Assembly: GCF_006345805.1 (NCBI RefSeq)
Contig: NC_042998.1
Location: forward strand, 196,106,001-196,170,000
Direction of reading: 5' to 3'
From: Octopus sinensis
Lineage: Eukaryota
DNA length: 64,000 nt
Shown: positions 62,901 to 64,000 of the stretch, one piece after another
Layout: the number at the start of each line of letters is the position of its first letter
How positions within the stretch are numbered: position 1 is the first letter of the stretch
Translations under genes and position numbers: made by a program
The notes under the pieces: generated by a model
Told to the model about the DNA's origin: nothing
The model's input: only the letters and a program-made list of their open reading frames with translations
Database searches by the model: none

Positions 62901-64000
62901 TGAAGAAACGAATGAAGAAGAAGAACTCATGGAAGACGCTGTAGATGCTGTCAGTTATAGTTATACCTCGACACAACCTAATGTAACACCTGTCAAATAT
63001 GAAATTGCAAACGTCAGTGCTCCCGGACCTGTAACGCTTTCTACTGCTCCACCATTGACTAACGGTAATTCAACACATGTTCCAGAAGGCCGTCATGTAT
63101 ACTTCAATAACAGCCCTATAGTTGAGACCTGTGCGGAAGTGTCGAATCATGAAGTCCACGAACAGTACCATACTGTTGACCAGGCAGCACCAATCATCCG
63201 TCGACCTGTAGCCCGACGACCAGTTGAAGCAGACATACAACAGCAGCAACAACAACAACTACAACAGCAACAGGATGAGCCATCAGCTAAAGCAACACTG
63301 TCAGAATCCAAAGCGCCATCTGAGACCGAGACGACGCAAGACGATTCGGAGAGTAAAGAGAAAAGCCGAAAGGTTGTGAAAGTATCCGAACGAGTTCAAA
63401 TGTACGACCAGGCATCATCGAGCAAGGAGCCAGAGAAAAATAAGGCAAGCAAAGAAAAAGATTGGAAACCGAAAATATTCAGTTTCCGGGATAATAAAGT
63501 TGCTAAGAGCCAACCCAAGCAAACACCCCCACAACCACCGCCTCCAAAAGCCAAGCTCCCAGTGCCGTTCTTCCGAAACAGAAAAGGTAAGGGTGATATT
63601 AATGTATCCACTTCCCTTTCTCCTAACCCCGTAACAACATCCTCCTCTGCCACCCCTAATTCTAGTCATTTGCATGTAAACAATTTGTCTCTGACAAATG
63701 TTAGTCGTGACCCCAACATTACAAATACAACTAGTGAAAATTCTAAAAGTAGTATCTCTAACACCCATTACAATACTAATAGCAGCACTGTCCTTAATAA
63801 AAGTGATGAAAGTAGTAGATGTAGAGCCCTTAATATGTATGATAAAACTAATAGCAGTAGTGCCCTTAATACATATAAGAAAAATAATACTAGTGCCCTT
63901 AACACACATTGCATTAATGGTTGTTCCCATACTAACAACTCACCCCTAATTATAAACAAAAATATATGTAGCTCTGAAAATGACCCTTTCTTTGAATTCT
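56941..64000 (+). CDS. Giant uninterrupted ORF (at least 2353 codons, open at window end); large low-complexity, likely disordered uncharacterized protein, probably a giant exon
   Basis: Hand translation of frame +1 from ATG 56941 (MNASGGVPAMDGAFERFITAAIATIITIMFSWRLL...) finds no stop to 64000. In-frame TAA upstream at 56881. S/T/N/P/E/D/Q-rich, only trinucleotide repeats, no SINE insertions. Candidate donor AAG|GTAAGG at 63586/63587. Confidence 0.9.
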   Translation, partial: MNASGGVPAMDGAFERFITAAIATIITIMFSWRLLTDVNEYDSTIPIISPPPPRLKHLTEDNRETDDSNDYDNFSDADDEAEIEPATCQFRTFAFAMPASRQHSDHSIPGVTSHSNIPSAAEMSNVRYHSTNRADDCYQTMAIPRTTDIPGGCAEQEISYQPVEPLGLKANNTAVAATGSSSSSSCNNTVTAAASSTDIKVGSTVRSHPIVAKRETGKTVFTLSSASPLQQVVSPPPLEGVHTRPRLPSLQLGGNSPPQNLLASDDSLMTTTPRRSSHTSIEAPTTTPPCLSSSSTSTNVSRSSLTQTSSRGSQVKRPPPPLPPRRPQGSGGGGGDVTHTTINNNNNNYDNISSTTTSIASPNDRNTNATNTHTSTGDQTKKPAAAPILGRRAMANNNKNNVANKNESCQSTSSSNNSSRGSSSSGSSTSGSTSSLVCNREFRNIVDDDDFKQMVPSREMNFFRPRHRYCPPPPSPSNVHYYDIDSDSDSDSEVFYFNGLEPIEEEDSDDLSSDSDRCEEYEVKGSYPPSVIHHDYHDDDNNNFHTFNRSSSGSLGSSYKQPSSFSLTGVPARGNAGLLFSSHPGDAAATTTINNRTASLLSASSSHHHNNNISSSSNSTSISSSPRQHGRSFTTENKNSEAAKICEGSSVDTSFTSPYVSSSDEPTEREEPEEKGKETRPYSVVEECDQPRYEDDDTSRDNNNVTYTHATATVEQAPIICPPKQLFNVLPSSTSSFSLSNTHSTSVLTPPEPPPPPPPTTITITTTATVDNVISTNNIPVQHMYRGNNNGDTISYTSKVCAEEQSGFVTMPPPPPSSDHYQQQQQQQESRASGFGQVDNIDSTSKQTTVRSTEELSNSLKKSSVTARPLSQTIGDLSDTSRDLTTYNENALLTFTTSTNERSQRIKDDSVNPAQTPQKSRERSYSDGDVNPDEETCSSPSESTHGLMLDIRANATTKEETESYGDEFLIMGKNNLQNFQTPSPDVYCSNQSNWPIQLYFDATKSNAAENPPRGFTFSYSEPGETAYKARSYYVENYDNNSNTLNNNNVHHEYDDRRNMSELNENNNLSADDLTFTPPRDYVDNPVRFASDDINVFTASKLDNGPVIITRALSMTEAEPSRQPDNYTSLEQQNRYLSNYKEPESMETTSSRVQHGEGNQPRRTYSEQEAVENVLQYDGLTEKDLYINKYSDYVQSDYVTLVTLEKSYPDILKKGSFIENSQDINSNDYVREESMEDSVFPDVVKKDTYPVSSSHQGTVDHAHVLTFPDVLNKGIVEKTEDVISEDFTVLECKEKRPFPDIVDGQAYHVNEHAGYGQNYSVMQEAAEKTGFPDIVNREEFHLDRHLQETQQGYTMESKLLVHQEPKEDIIKNEIPVDYSSRLDTKEKPSSDSTRNSSYVSHVEMGAVLKPPSLIKNENLVPDTYSLTTSVDPVRKVTVSPESLSSSELGLKTEPAASEELVSSMDSEVEFEVFKSECLAHSEDYSSLLSLEKLDESGNMYPSQHEMSSNKADSENYEGSLSLEEYDELADLVSDQLSPPLTSALHRPLTVNTHIGGSRQVPLVRRKINAVRKRYFGSENNVSDLVEDENSVSNRFARYRKTSLRALKRRDAAKRLSLHNDPEAIHASRIRPSKSLSHISQLYLRSEPVCKYPRPPFHEIHPDCILSPGNADNLEESIQAASIDNLESCLSQYDSFCSLVETDIDTGETTERRFSFDSEAFEIPFSFQQSYFGKSTSLMDLRSEQQQVRRSTGKSRFADRNVPKSKSMQTLETNLDDDDDEDDLLGESSFRRVPSIHELRVSRSLQKLNVPAWYKNSSVSRSGSCILNRDNDSMKSFDWRFNASLTSSPASSIISHQAPVVIKTRVTPSYTRSYSAPLKTPKLVLPPKPANVRLPSDQFRNQEKPKGLMPIPIVPFLKIREMFEKKSQENNSQPTFPAPVSPVSKTPVKNSKPEPPKRITPVKPDSISQSKKSPVSPGFSPALRIDEAIEETNEEEELMEDAVDAVSYSYTSTQPNVTPVKYEIANVSAPGPVTLSTAPPLTNGNSTHVPEGRHVYFNNSPIVETCAEVSNHEVHEQYHTVDQAAPIIRRPVARRPVEADIQQQQQQQLQQQQDEPSAKATLSESKAPSETETTQDDSESKEKSRKVVKVSERVQMYDQASSSKEPEKNKASKEKDWKPKIFSFRDNKVAKSQPKQTPPQPPPPKAKLPVPFFRNRKGKGDINVSTSLSPNPVTTSSSATPNSSHLHVNNLSLTNVSRDPNITNTTSENSKSSISNTHYNTNSSTVLNKSDESSRCRALNMYDKTNSSSALNTYKKNNTSALNTHCINGCSHTNNSPLIINKNICSSENDPFFEF

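Noticed and set aside
56934-63959. Short ORFs on the minus strand and other frames in the last 7 kb
   Set aside because: Shadows of the long frame +1 ORF.

Overview
AT-rich, microsatellite-saturated animal DNA. The SINE repertoire suggests a cephalopod (Octopus-like); this is an inference. Bases 1-55,600 are mostly transposon-derived: several tRNA-headed SINE families, non-autonomous Helitrons, TTAA (piggyBac-type) and hAT-type MITEs, and fragments of R4/Dong-, Tx1/L1- and RTE-type LINEs. The main element is a ~4.1 kb head-to-head inverted pair of 5'-truncated Penelope-like (Neptune-type RT + GIY-YIG) copies at 31850-35936. It sits in the (TA)n tract of a SINE, and each arm ends in a minimal hammerhead ribozyme. 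At least three other short, often fold-back, repeat families also carry minimal hammerhead folds, with different compensated 3-8 core pairs (C-G, U-A, G-C). One of these is fused to a tRNA-like Pol III head, i.e. a SINE/retrozyme-like unit. The window ends in a stop-free + strand ORF of at least 7060 nt (56941 to the window edge, absent from the supplied ORF track). It encodes a mostly disordered, motif-rich protein, probably a giant exon, and is preceded by a CpG-rich promoter-like region and a candidate tiny alternative first coding exon.
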